39,967 bases of DNA from positions 1 through 39,967 of the forward strand of contig JBBIUB010000004.1 of NCBI GenBank assembly GCA_037440465.1. The letters are read 5' to 3'. This document shows positions 8,472 to 17,825 of the stretch, piece after piece. Made by a program: the position numbers and the translations under genes. Under the pieces are notes generated by a model. The model did no database searches. It worked only from the letters and a program-made list of their open reading frames with translations, and had not been told where the DNA came from. The stretch's first letter is position 1; every line of letters begins with the position of its first letter. The stretch is from Coprothermobacterota bacterium (GTDB taxonomy: Bacteria; Coprothermobacterota; HKB111).

Positions 8472-9389
8472 ATGGCCCGACCCATAAGTAGGCCTGCAAG
8501 CATCTGGCATACCAGGCTGGCTTTGCTGTTTCTTATCCCAGGGATAGTTTTTTTTCTCTTTTTCAATCTCTACCCAATCTTTTACGCAATAAATATGTCC
8601 TTTACAAACACCAGTGGTTACAACATAATAGGTGAGATAAATTATACCGGTATTGCCAACTATAAGGAACTTCTAACAGGTCTGGGAAGCAGGTTCTTTT
8701 ATGTGGTAGTAAGAACCCTTCTCTTTATGGCGGTAAGTGTGCCCTTAAAAGTGGTAGCTGGTCTCGCCTTTGCTCTTCTTCTTAACTCAGAACTTTTAAA
8801 AGGTAAAGGACTATGGCGGGGTCTTGCTATAGTACCCTGGGCAGTCCCTGCCTTTTTCTCAATTCTTATCTGGAGAGGAATGTTCGCTGCAGGAGAGATG
8901 GGAACCATAAACCAGCTTTTAAAGATGATAAACCTCAGAGGGGTGAACTGGCTTTTTGATACCACCAACACCTTTATAGCCTACAATATAGTGGAGGTCT
9001 GGTTGGCTTACCCTTTTATGATGACCATGATTCTGGCTGCCATGCAGAGTATCCCACCAGACCTTTACGAATCCTCCTCAATGGATGGCGCAGGCACCTG
9101 GGCAAAATTCCGCCATATTACCCTCCCTCTCATCAAAAAACCCCTACTCTTTGCCACCACCCTTACTTCTATCGCCTCTTTCACCATGTTCCAGATAGCC
9201 TTTCTAATGAACCAGGGGGGGCCTGCCCGTACAAACGAGCTCGTCATGGTTCACGGTTATAGAGAGGCTTTTCACAGCGCTGGACTTCGCTACGCCTACG
9301 CTGCTTCTTTTCAAGTACTGGTTTCCTTTATGATCATAATTCTTATCATCCTGTCCCTCAAAGCCAGCAGACTTACAAAGGAGGAATAA
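8472..9389 (+). CDS. malF: Sugar ABC permease (MalF/MalC-like)
   Basis: EAA-like loop YESSSMDGA...FRHITLP; TM helices. Confidence 0.88.
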   Translation: MARPISRPASIWHTRLALLFLIPGIVFFLFFNLYPIFYAINMSFTNTSGYNIIGEINYTGIANYKELLTGLGSRFFYVVVRTLLFMAVSVPLKVVAGLAFALLLNSELLKGKGLWRGLAIVPWAVPAFFSILIWRGMFAAGEMGTINQLLKMINLRGVNWLFDTTNTFIAYNIVEVWLAYPFMMTMILAAMQSIPPDLYESSSMDGAGTWAKFRHITLPLIKKPLLFATTLTSIASFTMFQIAFLMNQGGPARTNELVMVHGYREAFHSAGLRYAYAASFQVLVSFMIIILIILSLKASRLTKEE

Positions 9390-9390
9390 A

Positions 9391-10239
9391 ATGAAGATTG
9401 CTGGTCCGCAAAGAGCTGTTTTTTCTCTGGTCATAACCATATTAACTGTTCTGGTCCTGATAGCTGTGGTCTTTCCGGTCTTCTGGATCATCACCACAGC
9501 TATAAGGCCTTTCCCCACCATCTCCGTTCCTAAATTTGAATTAATCCCTAAAAATGCCACCTTAGAAGGATTTCGCTGGGTCTTATTTGAATCCAGTTTC
9601 TTCCTCTGGTTAAAAAACAGCCTCATAGTATCTGCCATCACTGTAACCCTGACCCTCTTCCTCACAATCCTGGGAGCTTATTCTTTCTCCCGCTTCAGGT
9701 TCTGGGGAAAGGAAAGCTTCCTTTACGGTTACTTCATTGCCAGCCAGTTTGTGGGGGCTTTCGGTATTACTGCTTTAATCGCCCTATATGCCTTTCTGGC
9801 CCGTCTGGGCGTCATTAACTCACTTATTATTCTGGCCCTTATCTACACCTCGGGAGGAATCCCCTTCAATACCTGGCTCCTCAAGACCTATTTTGATACC
9901 CTGCCAAAGGATTTTGACGAAGCAGCTCTCATGGATGGAGCCTCTTTTCTCAAAGTTATTTACTATGTCTTTCTCCCCATAGCGAGGCCAGCCCTGGCGG
10001 TGGTCGCTCTCTTCTCCTTCATGGGTTCCTGGAGTGAGTTCATCTTAGCCCAGACCCTGCTGGGACCAGAAAACTACACCTTGCCTGTGGGTCTCTGGGG
10101 ACTCGTAGGGAGATGGGAAACCCCCTGGAACCACTTTGCCGCCATGGCTATCCTCTTCGCCCTTCCCATTGTCGTCTTCTTCATCATAGCCCAGCGTTAC
10201 CTGGTGGCTGGACTGGCTCAGGGAGGAATAAAGGGATAA
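9391..10239 (+). CDS. malG: Sugar ABC permease (MalG/MalD-like)
   Basis: FDEAALMDGA, LKNS, TLPVGL, C-terminal GGIKG. Confidence 0.88.
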   Translation: MKIAGPQRAVFSLVITILTVLVLIAVVFPVFWIITTAIRPFPTISVPKFELIPKNATLEGFRWVLFESSFFLWLKNSLIVSAITVTLTLFLTILGAYSFSRFRFWGKESFLYGYFIASQFVGAFGITALIALYAFLARLGVINSLIILALIYTSGGIPFNTWLLKTYFDTLPKDFDEAALMDGASFLKVIYYVFLPIARPALAVVALFSFMGSWSEFILAQTLLGPENYTLPVGLWGLVGRWETPWNHFAAMAILFALPIVVFFIIAQRYLVAGLAQGGIKG

Positions 10240-10252
10240 AAGGAGGAAAAAG

Positions 10253-11329
10253 ATGGCTACTATTAGACTTGAGAATCTTTACAAAAAATTCGGCGATGTA
10301 CATGCCGTAAAAAACGTAAATCTGGAGATACGTGATAAGGAGCTTCTGATCCTCCTGGGACCCTCCGGCTGTGGGAAAACCACCACCCTGCGGATGATTG
10401 CCGGGTTGGAGGTTCCCAGCGAAGGAAAAATATACCTTGATGGAGAAGACATCACCTACACCCACCCCAAAGATAGAAAAGTCTCTCTGGTATTTCAGAG
10501 CTATGCTCTCTATCCTCACATGACTGCCTCTCAGAATATCTCCTTCCCCCTGATGATGAAAAGAACACCACGAAGGAAGATGGAAGAGCAGGTAAAAAAG
10601 GTGGCAGTTCTTCTTAAGATAGATCATCTTCTCAGGCGGAGACCAAAGGAGTTAAGTGGTGGTGAACGACAGAGAGTAGCTCTGGGAAGAGCCATAGTTA
10701 AGGAACCCAAGATTTTTCTTATGGACGAGCCCCTCAGTAATGTGGATGCCAAACTCCGGGTGTATCTCCGAGCTGAGATAAAAAAGCTCCAGAAGGAGCT
10801 GGGAATCACCACAATATATGTAACCCACGACCAAGTGGAAGCCATGACCATAGCTGACCGTATCGGGGTTATGGACAGGGGAGAACTAAAGCAAGTAAGC
10901 ACCCCTGAAGACCTCTATAACAACCCCCAGAACCTTTTCGTGGCTTCTTTTATAGGGAGCCCACCTATGAACCTCATAAACGGCAGAGTAGTGGAAGATA
11001 GTGGAAGATTTTTCTTTGATGAGGGTGCTTTCAGAGTGGAGATTCCTCCCAAATTACAGAAGATTTGTCCTCCTCTTATAGGAGAAGAGGTTGTCCTGGG
11101 TATAAGAGCTGAAGATGTAGTATTAAATGGAGATGGAGAGATTAATTCGGCCCTAGTGTCTGTGGAACCTCTGGGTTATGAGACCCTTCTCATCCTCAAG
11201 GCAGGGAGAAGTGTCATCAGGGCTATCACTAGGGGACTGATGCCTCTTATAGAGGAAGAGGTTCAGCTTTCCTTTAAAAAAGAAGGAATATTTCTTTTTG
11301 ATAAAAAGACAGAAAAGAGGTGCGTCTGA
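10253..11329 (+). CDS. malK: Sugar ABC ATPase (MalK/MsmX-like)
   Basis: GPSGCGKT, FQSYALYPH, LSGGERQR, DEPLSN, VTHDQ; C-terminal TOBE-like region. Confidence 0.93.
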   Translation: MATIRLENLYKKFGDVHAVKNVNLEIRDKELLILLGPSGCGKTTTLRMIAGLEVPSEGKIYLDGEDITYTHPKDRKVSLVFQSYALYPHMTASQNISFPLMMKRTPRRKMEEQVKKVAVLLKIDHLLRRRPKELSGGERQRVALGRAIVKEPKIFLMDEPLSNVDAKLRVYLRAEIKKLQKELGITTIYVTHDQVEAMTIADRIGVMDRGELKQVSTPEDLYNNPQNLFVASFIGSPPMNLINGRVVEDSGRFFFDEGAFRVEIPPKLQKICPPLIGEEVVLGIRAEDVVLNGDGEINSALVSVEPLGYETLLILKAGRSVIRAITRGLMPLIEEEVQLSFKKEGIFLFDKKTEKRCV

Positions 11330-14300
11330 TGAAGTGGCGTATTATAGTTTCTCTTTTAATAATCCTTTCCCTCCTCTATCCTTTTCTGAAAGGGGAGATT
11401 TCGGCTCAAGTTCCCCTGAACCTGATTCTGGTCTGGCACCACCACCAGCCTTATTACAGCGACCCTACCCGGGAGGGTTTCATGTACCTCCCCTGGGTCA
11501 GACTTCACAGCTCTAAAAACTATTACCGGATGGCCGAACTGGTCTCGCAACACCCGGAGATTAAGGTCACCTTTGACCTGAGCGGCTCTCTTATTCACCA
11601 GATAGAGGAGTACATAAAAGGTGCCACGGACTTAAGGGAAATTCTCTCCAGAAAGGAGGTTCCTCAACTCTCCATAGAAGAGAAAATGGCTATTCTATCT
11701 GTTCCTGGAGGGATGTTTGACATTAGCTGGTCGAAGATAATAGAGACAGTGCCCAGATTCAAGGAGTTACTGAATAAAAGGCAGGAAGCCTTTAAACTCT
11801 ACGATGGATTGAAAGAACCGGAAAGAAGTGGAAAGATAACTGCTCATTTTACATCACAGGATTATCAGGATTTAATAGCTCTTTTTAATCTTCACTGGTT
11901 GGATCCGGAGTACGCCCGAAGAGACCCTAAGCTCTCTCAGCTTCTCAAGAAAGGAGAGACAGGAGAGCTATACACCAGAGGTGATATAGACCTTATACTA
12001 AAGCATCAGAGAGAACTCATTGGTAAAGTGATACCAGCTTATAAAGACCTTCTAAAAAGAGGACAGGCTGAGATAGTCCCTACTCCCTATTCCCACCCTA
12101 TCCTACCTCTCTTCAACGCATTTGGCCTGGGAGAAGACGCTATCCTTCAGGTAGAAAAAGGTATAGATATTTTCCAAAAACATTTCAGTGCAAAACCAGC
12201 AGGGATGTGGTCACCAGAGTGTGCTATAAACGAGGACTCTGTCTTAACCATGGCTTCCCGTGGGATAAAGTGGACGTTGGGAGACGAGGGCACCTTGGCT
12301 AAAGCAGGAGTAGATACTAAAGACCCTATTAAACTCTATCAGCCCTATTTGGTGGAGAAGGACGGGTTAAAGATTGCTGTCTTCTTCAGAGACACTCATC
12401 TTTCCAACCAGATAGGCTTCAAGTACTCTGGAATGACTGCTGAAGAAGCTGTAGTAGACTTTACAAAATACATACTGGATAAACGGATACCAAACACTGA
12501 TGGAAAGATGGCGATTACCGTGGCATTGGATGGAGAGAACGCCTGGGAGTGGTATCCCAACAACGGAAACGACTTCCTCCATCTCCTTTATAAGAGGCTT
12601 GCTGAACTCCAGAAGGAAGGAAAGATAAAAACCCTTACACCATCGGAGTACCTCGCAAGGTTTGAACCTTCCATCATGCCGAAGTCCACGCAGGAGGTTC
12701 TGGATTTGAAGGATAAGGACCTTTCCCTAATGACCCACTACCGAGACCTCCCCAAAAAGACGAAGGAAGTCCTTCTTCCCGAAGGCTCCTGGGCAGGGGA
12801 CCTTTCTACCTGGATTGGAGAGAAACAGGAGAATGTTGCCTGGATGTGGTATCTGAATGCCCGAAAGGCCTGGGTTGAAGGAAAGGATAAAATGAAAAGT
12901 GCAGATTATGCCAGAGCACTGGGCTATCTTCTGGCATCTCAAACCAGCTGCTGGTTCTGGTGGTACGGCACAGATCAAGATTCTGGTTTTGATTCAGGAT
13001 TCAGCAGACTTTATCAGTTAAACCTCTACCGTCTCTACGAGATTTCAGGTAAGATACCTCCGTCATATCTTCTCTCCAACTCCTTCCCCGATGGAGCAAC
13101 TTACCTTCCTGTAACCCCTGATAGACCGTTAACTGATATGATATCCCCCACCATAGATGGTGAACTTAAAGAAGAGGAATGGGCTAAAGGAGCAAAATAT
13201 CTCACTCCGAATTCTCCCTTGTTCACAGAATTTCTTGTGGGAGCGGACACAGATAATCTCTATCTGGGATTAAAACCCAGGATAAGTCTTTCTCCTTACT
13301 ATGGTACCCTCAAAAACCTGGAGATAGGCTTATTTAAATATTGCTCATCCTGGAAAGAGACCAATTTCCTCTTTATGTATCAGAAAATGCCTGCTGTCTT
13401 TGCTATTAAGACCTTTCCGCTGGTGGAGGGCCATCCCGGTTCTCCCATAAATCAGAATTTAATCCTGCCTTTTATGGAAATGGTGGAAGGGAAGAGCATA
13501 CTAACAGCTCGGATAGCTAAGGGTGGAGAAACCTATGCAGATGAAGTGTATTTACAAATGATTCCTGTTTTAAAGGACCAAGGTCTGGAGATGGCCCTTC
13601 CCCTGGAAAAACTGGGTGTTAGCGGAGGAGATACCCTTCAACTCTTTCTCATAATGAGAGATAAAGGGGAGATAACGGACTATATGCCACGAGAGTTCTC
13701 GGCAATCCGGCTTAAACTTCCCGAATACAAACCCGAGAGAAAGGTTCTCTTAGAGCTTGTTGACGAAGAAGGAGACGATTTTGGTCCAGGAACTTATACC
13801 TATCCGTTGAACGAGGTATTCAAGAAAGGTGTATTTGACCTACTCGGGGTTACCTTGAGAAGGGATGAAAAGAACCTGGAGTTTGATCTTAAGTTCAAGG
13901 ACTTAGGTGGTAATCCATGGGGTGGTCCCTACGGTTTTTGCCTGCAGGTGGCTCAGATTTATGTGGATAGTAAACTTGGGGGCATAACCCAACCAATCTT
14001 CCCCGATGTGCCCCGTATCCGCATAGATGAAAAAACACCCTACGATTTCGCTCTTCAGGCTGGACCTGGCTGGAGTACAGAGCTAACAAATAAACTGGTT
14101 TTTGCTGATGGGAAAGAAGTCATAGACCAGATGAAGATAACCTGCAATCAGGCTAAAGGCCTTATAAACATTCTTGTGCCGAGAAACCTCATAGACCCGC
14201 ACTGGGAGGAAGGATATCCCCTCAAATTAAATGTGGTGGTGGGAAGCTGGGATGGTTACGGTATCAATGGCTGGAGAAATGTAGGGGTCAAGGAAGAAGA

Positions 14301-14565
14301 GTATATGTTTGGAGGTGCTGATGCCCCAGCAGTGGTAGCAGGTGTTTCCCCTCTGGTTTTAGATATCCTTGTACCTGAAGATCGTAAGCAGGAAACCATC
14401 CTCAAAGGCTATGACCCAGCAAAAGTTACATTTGCCGCCATCCCCCTGGTGGGTGTAAGGGTACCCGCTGAAGCTGTCCCTGTTCTTGACTGGAAGATCC
14501 TGGTGGGACTTCTACTGGTCGTGGTGATTGTAGTAATCCTTCTCCTCAAGAAAAGAAGAGCTTGA
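11329..14565 (+). CDS. Secreted, membrane-anchored GH57 amylopullulanase with a glucodextranase DOMON-like domain
   Basis: Signal peptide; HHHQP, WSPE (nucleophile), ALDGENAW (acid/base), WFWW; GDDFGPGTYTYP domain; TM plus KKRRA tail; ATG overlaps the malK TGA. Confidence 0.9.
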   Translation: MKWRIIVSLLIILSLLYPFLKGEISAQVPLNLILVWHHHQPYYSDPTREGFMYLPWVRLHSSKNYYRMAELVSQHPEIKVTFDLSGSLIHQIEEYIKGATDLREILSRKEVPQLSIEEKMAILSVPGGMFDISWSKIIETVPRFKELLNKRQEAFKLYDGLKEPERSGKITAHFTSQDYQDLIALFNLHWLDPEYARRDPKLSQLLKKGETGELYTRGDIDLILKHQRELIGKVIPAYKDLLKRGQAEIVPTPYSHPILPLFNAFGLGEDAILQVEKGIDIFQKHFSAKPAGMWSPECAINEDSVLTMASRGIKWTLGDEGTLAKAGVDTKDPIKLYQPYLVEKDGLKIAVFFRDTHLSNQIGFKYSGMTAEEAVVDFTKYILDKRIPNTDGKMAITVALDGENAWEWYPNNGNDFLHLLYKRLAELQKEGKIKTLTPSEYLARFEPSIMPKSTQEVLDLKDKDLSLMTHYRDLPKKTKEVLLPEGSWAGDLSTWIGEKQENVAWMWYLNARKAWVEGKDKMKSADYARALGYLLASQTSCWFWWYGTDQDSGFDSGFSRLYQLNLYRLYEISGKIPPSYLLSNSFPDGATYLPVTPDRPLTDMISPTIDGELKEEEWAKGAKYLTPNSPLFTEFLVGADTDNLYLGLKPRISLSPYYGTLKNLEIGLFKYCSSWKETNFLFMYQKMPAVFAIKTFPLVEGHPGSPINQNLILPFMEMVEGKSILTARIAKGGETYADEVYLQMIPVLKDQGLEMALPLEKLGVSGGDTLQLFLIMRDKGEITDYMPREFSAIRLKLPEYKPERKVLLELVDEEGDDFGPGTYTYPLNEVFKKGVFDLLGVTLRRDEKNLEFDLKFKDLGGNPWGGPYGFCLQVAQIYVDSKLGGITQPIFPDVPRIRIDEKTPYDFALQAGPGWSTELTNKLVFADGKEVIDQMKITCNQAKGLINILVPRNLIDPHWEEGYPLKLNVVVGSWDGYGINGWRNVGVKEEEYMFGGADAPAVVAGVSPLVLDILVPEDRKQETILKGYDPAKVTFAAIPLVGVRVPAEAVPVLDWKILVGLLLVVVIVVILLLKKRRA

Positions 14566-14574
14566 AAAATGCAC

Positions 14575-14622
14575 CCCCGCCCTACCCTCCTCTGATTTAC
14601 GACATGTGACAGGTGACAAGTA
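14575..14622 (-). repeat. Right arm of inverted repeat bracketing the maltodextrin operon
   Basis: Reverse complement is tacttgtcacctgtcacatgtcgtaaatcagaggagggtagggcgggg; begins 9 bp after the amylopullulanase stop. Confidence 0.88.
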
Positions 14623-14623
14623 C

Positions 14624-14662
14624 TACTCTCCTCCCTGGAGGGAGGAGGTAGGAGGAGGAGGT
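14624..14662. repeat. C/G-rich REP-like hairpin
   Basis: ctcctccct-gg-agggaggag (14628-14647), perfect 9-bp arms plus purine tail, same form as the copies at 3790, 20295 and 21894. Confidence 0.65.
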
Positions 14663-14691
14663 CTTCTTAGTAAGGGGGGAGGAAACAGTTG

Positions 14692-14733
14692 TTACATGTA
14701 AAACTTGACTAAAAAAGGTTGTGGTACTATATA
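14692..14733 (+). promoter_or_regulatory. Sigma70-type promoter with an adjacent palindrome
   Basis: TTGACT 14705-14710, TGgTACTAT 14722-14730; TTACATGTAA palindrome 14692-14701. Confidence 0.45.
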
Positions 14734-14781
14734 AGTGTAAGGAAAGTTTATCTTTATAATTAATAATAGGGAGGTAGAGTT

Positions 14782-15687
14782 ATGAAAGTAAAGTGGTTTG
14801 TTTCAATGGTGGTAATTATAGGTTTATTATTATCTCTCAATACCGTAGCTGCTCAGGTGGCTTTTGAAATGATGGACCCTGAAGGAGATGATGTAGGCCC
14901 GGGAACTTATGTCTATCCCAAAGCCAGTCCTTTTGTAGCAGGTATCTTTGATCTTCTGCACTTCAAGGTGGAAACAGAAGGTGATAAGGTTGTCTTTTAT
15001 TTTCAGTTTAAGGCCCTAGGACCAGCAGACAATCCCAACCCCTGGGGTTCTCAGACGGGCTTCTGTCTGCAGATCATGCAGGTATACATTGACACAGACA
15101 GGAAGAGTGGTTCAGGCAGAACCGATACCTTTATGGCCAATTTAGACATTGATAAAGCTAATGCCTGGGAGATTGGCCTCGCCATCGGTCCTCACTGGGG
15201 TAATCCTGACGACTTTATAAAGAACAACCGTGTAACTAAAGGAGAGGTAGACGAGTTAGGTAATATCGAGGTTTCAGCTGATGTAGCAACCAACCGCCTC
15301 ATCGCTAAAGTTCCCGTGGACGTCATTGGCACGCCCACCAACAAGTGGGCTTACTCCGTCCTCGTGGGAGGATGGGATGGAATGGGTCCTACAGGTTTCA
15401 GAGCAGTGGGCGTGGAAGCGGAGGACTGGGTTGCTGGTGGAGCGGATTCCATGGCAGTAGCTGCTGGTGTTAATCCCATTCCATTCGATGTATTGGTTCC
15501 AGAAGGTAAAGACCAGCTCACTATTCTTAAAACTTATACCATTGACCCACCAAAATTTGCTGTCCTCTATGCTATTGGTCCTGGGATACCTGCTAAATTC
15601 CCCACCAATACTGTTTTAATTATAGTTGTGGCTGTCGTCGTTATTCTCTTGATAGTGTTTACCTTAAAAAAGAAGAAAGCAGCCTGA
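14782..15687 (+). CDS. Stand-alone glucodextranase DOMON-like domain protein, membrane anchored
   Basis: Signal peptide; DPEGDDVGPGTYVYP and NPWG..GFCLQ paralogous to the amylopullulanase C-domain; TM plus KKKKAA. Confidence 0.82.
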   Translation: MKVKWFVSMVVIIGLLLSLNTVAAQVAFEMMDPEGDDVGPGTYVYPKASPFVAGIFDLLHFKVETEGDKVVFYFQFKALGPADNPNPWGSQTGFCLQIMQVYIDTDRKSGSGRTDTFMANLDIDKANAWEIGLAIGPHWGNPDDFIKNNRVTKGEVDELGNIEVSADVATNRLIAKVPVDVIGTPTNKWAYSVLVGGWDGMGPTGFRAVGVEAEDWVAGGADSMAVAAGVNPIPFDVLVPEGKDQLTILKTYTIDPPKFAVLYAIGPGIPAKFPTNTVLIIVVAVVVILLIVFTLKKKKAA

Positions 15688-15739
15688 ATAAAATCAGGTT
15701 AGAGAGCAGTTAGTTCCCCTTTTTTTGAAGTGAAAGTAT

Positions 15740-15773
15740 AGGGTGGGGTGAAAACCCCGCCCTTTGATTTTTT
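15740..15773 (+). terminator. Rho-independent terminator between convergent genes
   Basis: agggtggggt-gaaa-accccgccct stem-loop followed by ttgatttttt. Confidence 0.75.
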
Positions 15774-15798
15774 AATTTGTAAAAATTCAGAAGCGTCC

Positions 15799-17574
15799 CT
15801 AATTTTCCCCAATTTTAAATATTAGTCCTCCAAAGGGAGGGATGGTTAAATCAGGAGGCGAAAAAACCTCTTTTTCTATAAAAGTCAGGGGAGATCTTAC
15901 ACTCAGAAGCAACTCCCACTTGCCACTTTTTATGGGGATTCTAACCTTCTCTCCACGGGGGGAGTTATTCAGAACCACGAGAAGCTCTTCTCCCGGAAGC
16001 CTTCTTAAGAAAGCGTAAACTTTGTCGGCATCTGGAAATAGAAGAGGCGTAAACTCTCCATAAATCAGGGATTTGTATTTCTTCCTAAGAGCTATAAGTT
16101 TTTTAGAGAGTTCAAAGAGCCCAATATTCCTCTCTCCCTTGTTCCAAACCATGGGCTTCCGGCACTCAGGGTCTTTACCACCTGACATTCCTGCTTCATC
16201 ACCGTAATATATGGCAGGTACCCCAGGATATGTGAAGAGAAACATGGAAGACAGAGCCATCTTTTCTACCTGACCCTTACAGAGGGTAAGAAAGCGGGGA
16301 GTATCATGGCTTCCCAGAAGGTTATATAAGGCCTCTGTTGCCTCCCTCTTGTACTCCATCCGGAGATCAGAGAGGTAAGAGTCAAATTCTAAAGGGGTGA
16401 TGTCTTCACGGACGAAGAAATCCAGAATAAGATACCTTAAAGGATAATTCATCACAGAATCAAGTTGATCCCCCTGAAGATATGAAGAAGCAAAATGAGG
16501 TACTTCTCCCATAACGAAGGCGTCAGATTTTGCCGACTTTACTGCCCTTCTCAGAACCCTCAGAAACTCTCTATCCAGCTCCCCTGCCACATCCAGCCTC
16601 CAGCCGTCTATGTCTGCTTCCTTAATCCAGTAAGTAGCTACATTTATAAGATAGTCCCTGGTCTCGGGATTCTCAGTCCTCAGGCGGGGCATCCACCAGA
16701 TGTTTTTCCCCCACGTCTCGTAAGAAGGCACCGGTCGGGTTTCAACAGGGAAGCTATAAATATTAAACCAATCCACATATTTAGAATCCTTTCCTTTCTC
16801 TCTTGCATCTTTAAAAAAGGGGAAATCGTAACCACAGTGGTTAAAAACACCATCCAGAATTATCTTGATGCCCCTTTTATGACAATCAACCACCAGCTCC
16901 TTAAAGGTGGTTAAATCACCAAAATGGGGGTCTATTTCAAAGTAATTGGTGATGTCGTATTTGTGGGTGGAGGGAGATTTAAATATAGGTGTAAGGTAAA
17001 GGGCAGTAATCCCCAGGTCTTCAAGATAGGGAAGTTTCTCCCTGATACCTGTAAGGTCTCCCCCGAAAAAAGTCTTCCAGTCTAAATAAGAGCAGTCCTC
17101 CCAGGGTCTTGTCCCCGGAGGGTCGTTGGAATGGTCTCCATTATAAAAACGCTCAGGAAATATCTGGTAGAAGACAGCCTCCTTTACCCAGGAAGGTGGC
17201 ACAAAAACATCTCCTTCCCTTAAATATAGTTCAAAAAATGGAAGGCCAAGGTCCTCTCCGTAGGGTTGCCAGGTGGTAAAGCCTCTTTCAGAGAACCAGA
17301 ACTTCTCTTTCCCTCCACTCAGAAGAAAGACATACCTTACCCTTTTATAAGGCGTCTCCACCATCTCCTCAAAGTAGTCAAAGTGTTGAGAGGAGGCAAC
17401 TTTTTTCATCTCCTTCCTCTTTAAAGACAAAAGAGACTCCCAAGGGTCCCCATAATAAAGGAGACACTTTTTCAGGTCATTTCTTCTGGCTCTCAGGGTT
17501 ATCCTGACGAAAAAAGGGGTCACAGCATAAGAGTAAACCCCTTCTCCTCTGTGATATATGGCTTCTTTAAACAC
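15799..17574 (-). CDS. GH13 neopullulanase / cyclomaltodextrinase
   Basis: N-terminal domain; FYQIFPERF, DGVFNH, DGWRLDVA, GEV, GSHDT; no signal peptide. Confidence 0.92.
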   Translation of the reverse strand: MFKEAIYHRGEGVYSYAVTPFFVRITLRARRNDLKKCLLYYGDPWESLLSLKRKEMKKVASSQHFDYFEEMVETPYKRVRYVFLLSGGKEKFWFSERGFTTWQPYGEDLGLPFFELYLREGDVFVPPSWVKEAVFYQIFPERFYNGDHSNDPPGTRPWEDCSYLDWKTFFGGDLTGIREKLPYLEDLGITALYLTPIFKSPSTHKYDITNYFEIDPHFGDLTTFKELVVDCHKRGIKIILDGVFNHCGYDFPFFKDAREKGKDSKYVDWFNIYSFPVETRPVPSYETWGKNIWWMPRLRTENPETRDYLINVATYWIKEADIDGWRLDVAGELDREFLRVLRRAVKSAKSDAFVMGEVPHFASSYLQGDQLDSVMNYPLRYLILDFFVREDITPLEFDSYLSDLRMEYKREATEALYNLLGSHDTPRFLTLCKGQVEKMALSSMFLFTYPGVPAIYYGDEAGMSGGKDPECRKPMVWNKGERNIGLFELSKKLIALRKKYKSLIYGEFTPLLFPDADKVYAFLRRLPGEELLVVLNNSPRGEKVRIPIKSGKWELLLSVRSPLTFIEKEVFSPPDLTIPPFGGLIFKIGEN

Positions 17575-17581
17575 TTTCAGG

Positions 17582-17821
17582 TTATATGGTTATTACCACC
17601 AGAAGTATTGTCAGAGCCACAAAAAGAACACCCAAGCTTATCACTATCCGGTCCAGAAGCTTCCTAATGGGGTTTTTACCTTTAAATATTGAGGCAGAAC
17701 CTCCTATAGCCCCCAAACCTTCGCCACGAGGTGGTTGAAGGGAAACTATTAAGGTAATGGCAATTCCCACCACGAAATAAAAAACTAATAGAATGTTCAT
17801 AACGATCGGATTCTCCAGCAT
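17582..17821 (-). CDS. secG: Preprotein translocase SecG
   Basis: Two TM helices, LQPPRGEGLGAIGG; usual position downstream of glycolytic genes. Confidence 0.9.
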   Translation of the reverse strand: MLENPIVMNILLVFYFVVGIAITLIVSLQPPRGEGLGAIGGSASIFKGKNPIRKLLDRIVISLGVLFVALTILLVVITI

Positions 17822-17825
17822 TAAC

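Noticed and set aside
8548..8555. T8 tract in malF as a phase-variation site
   Set aside because: Short, encodes hydrophobic TM residues, expected in AT-rich DNA; frame is intact
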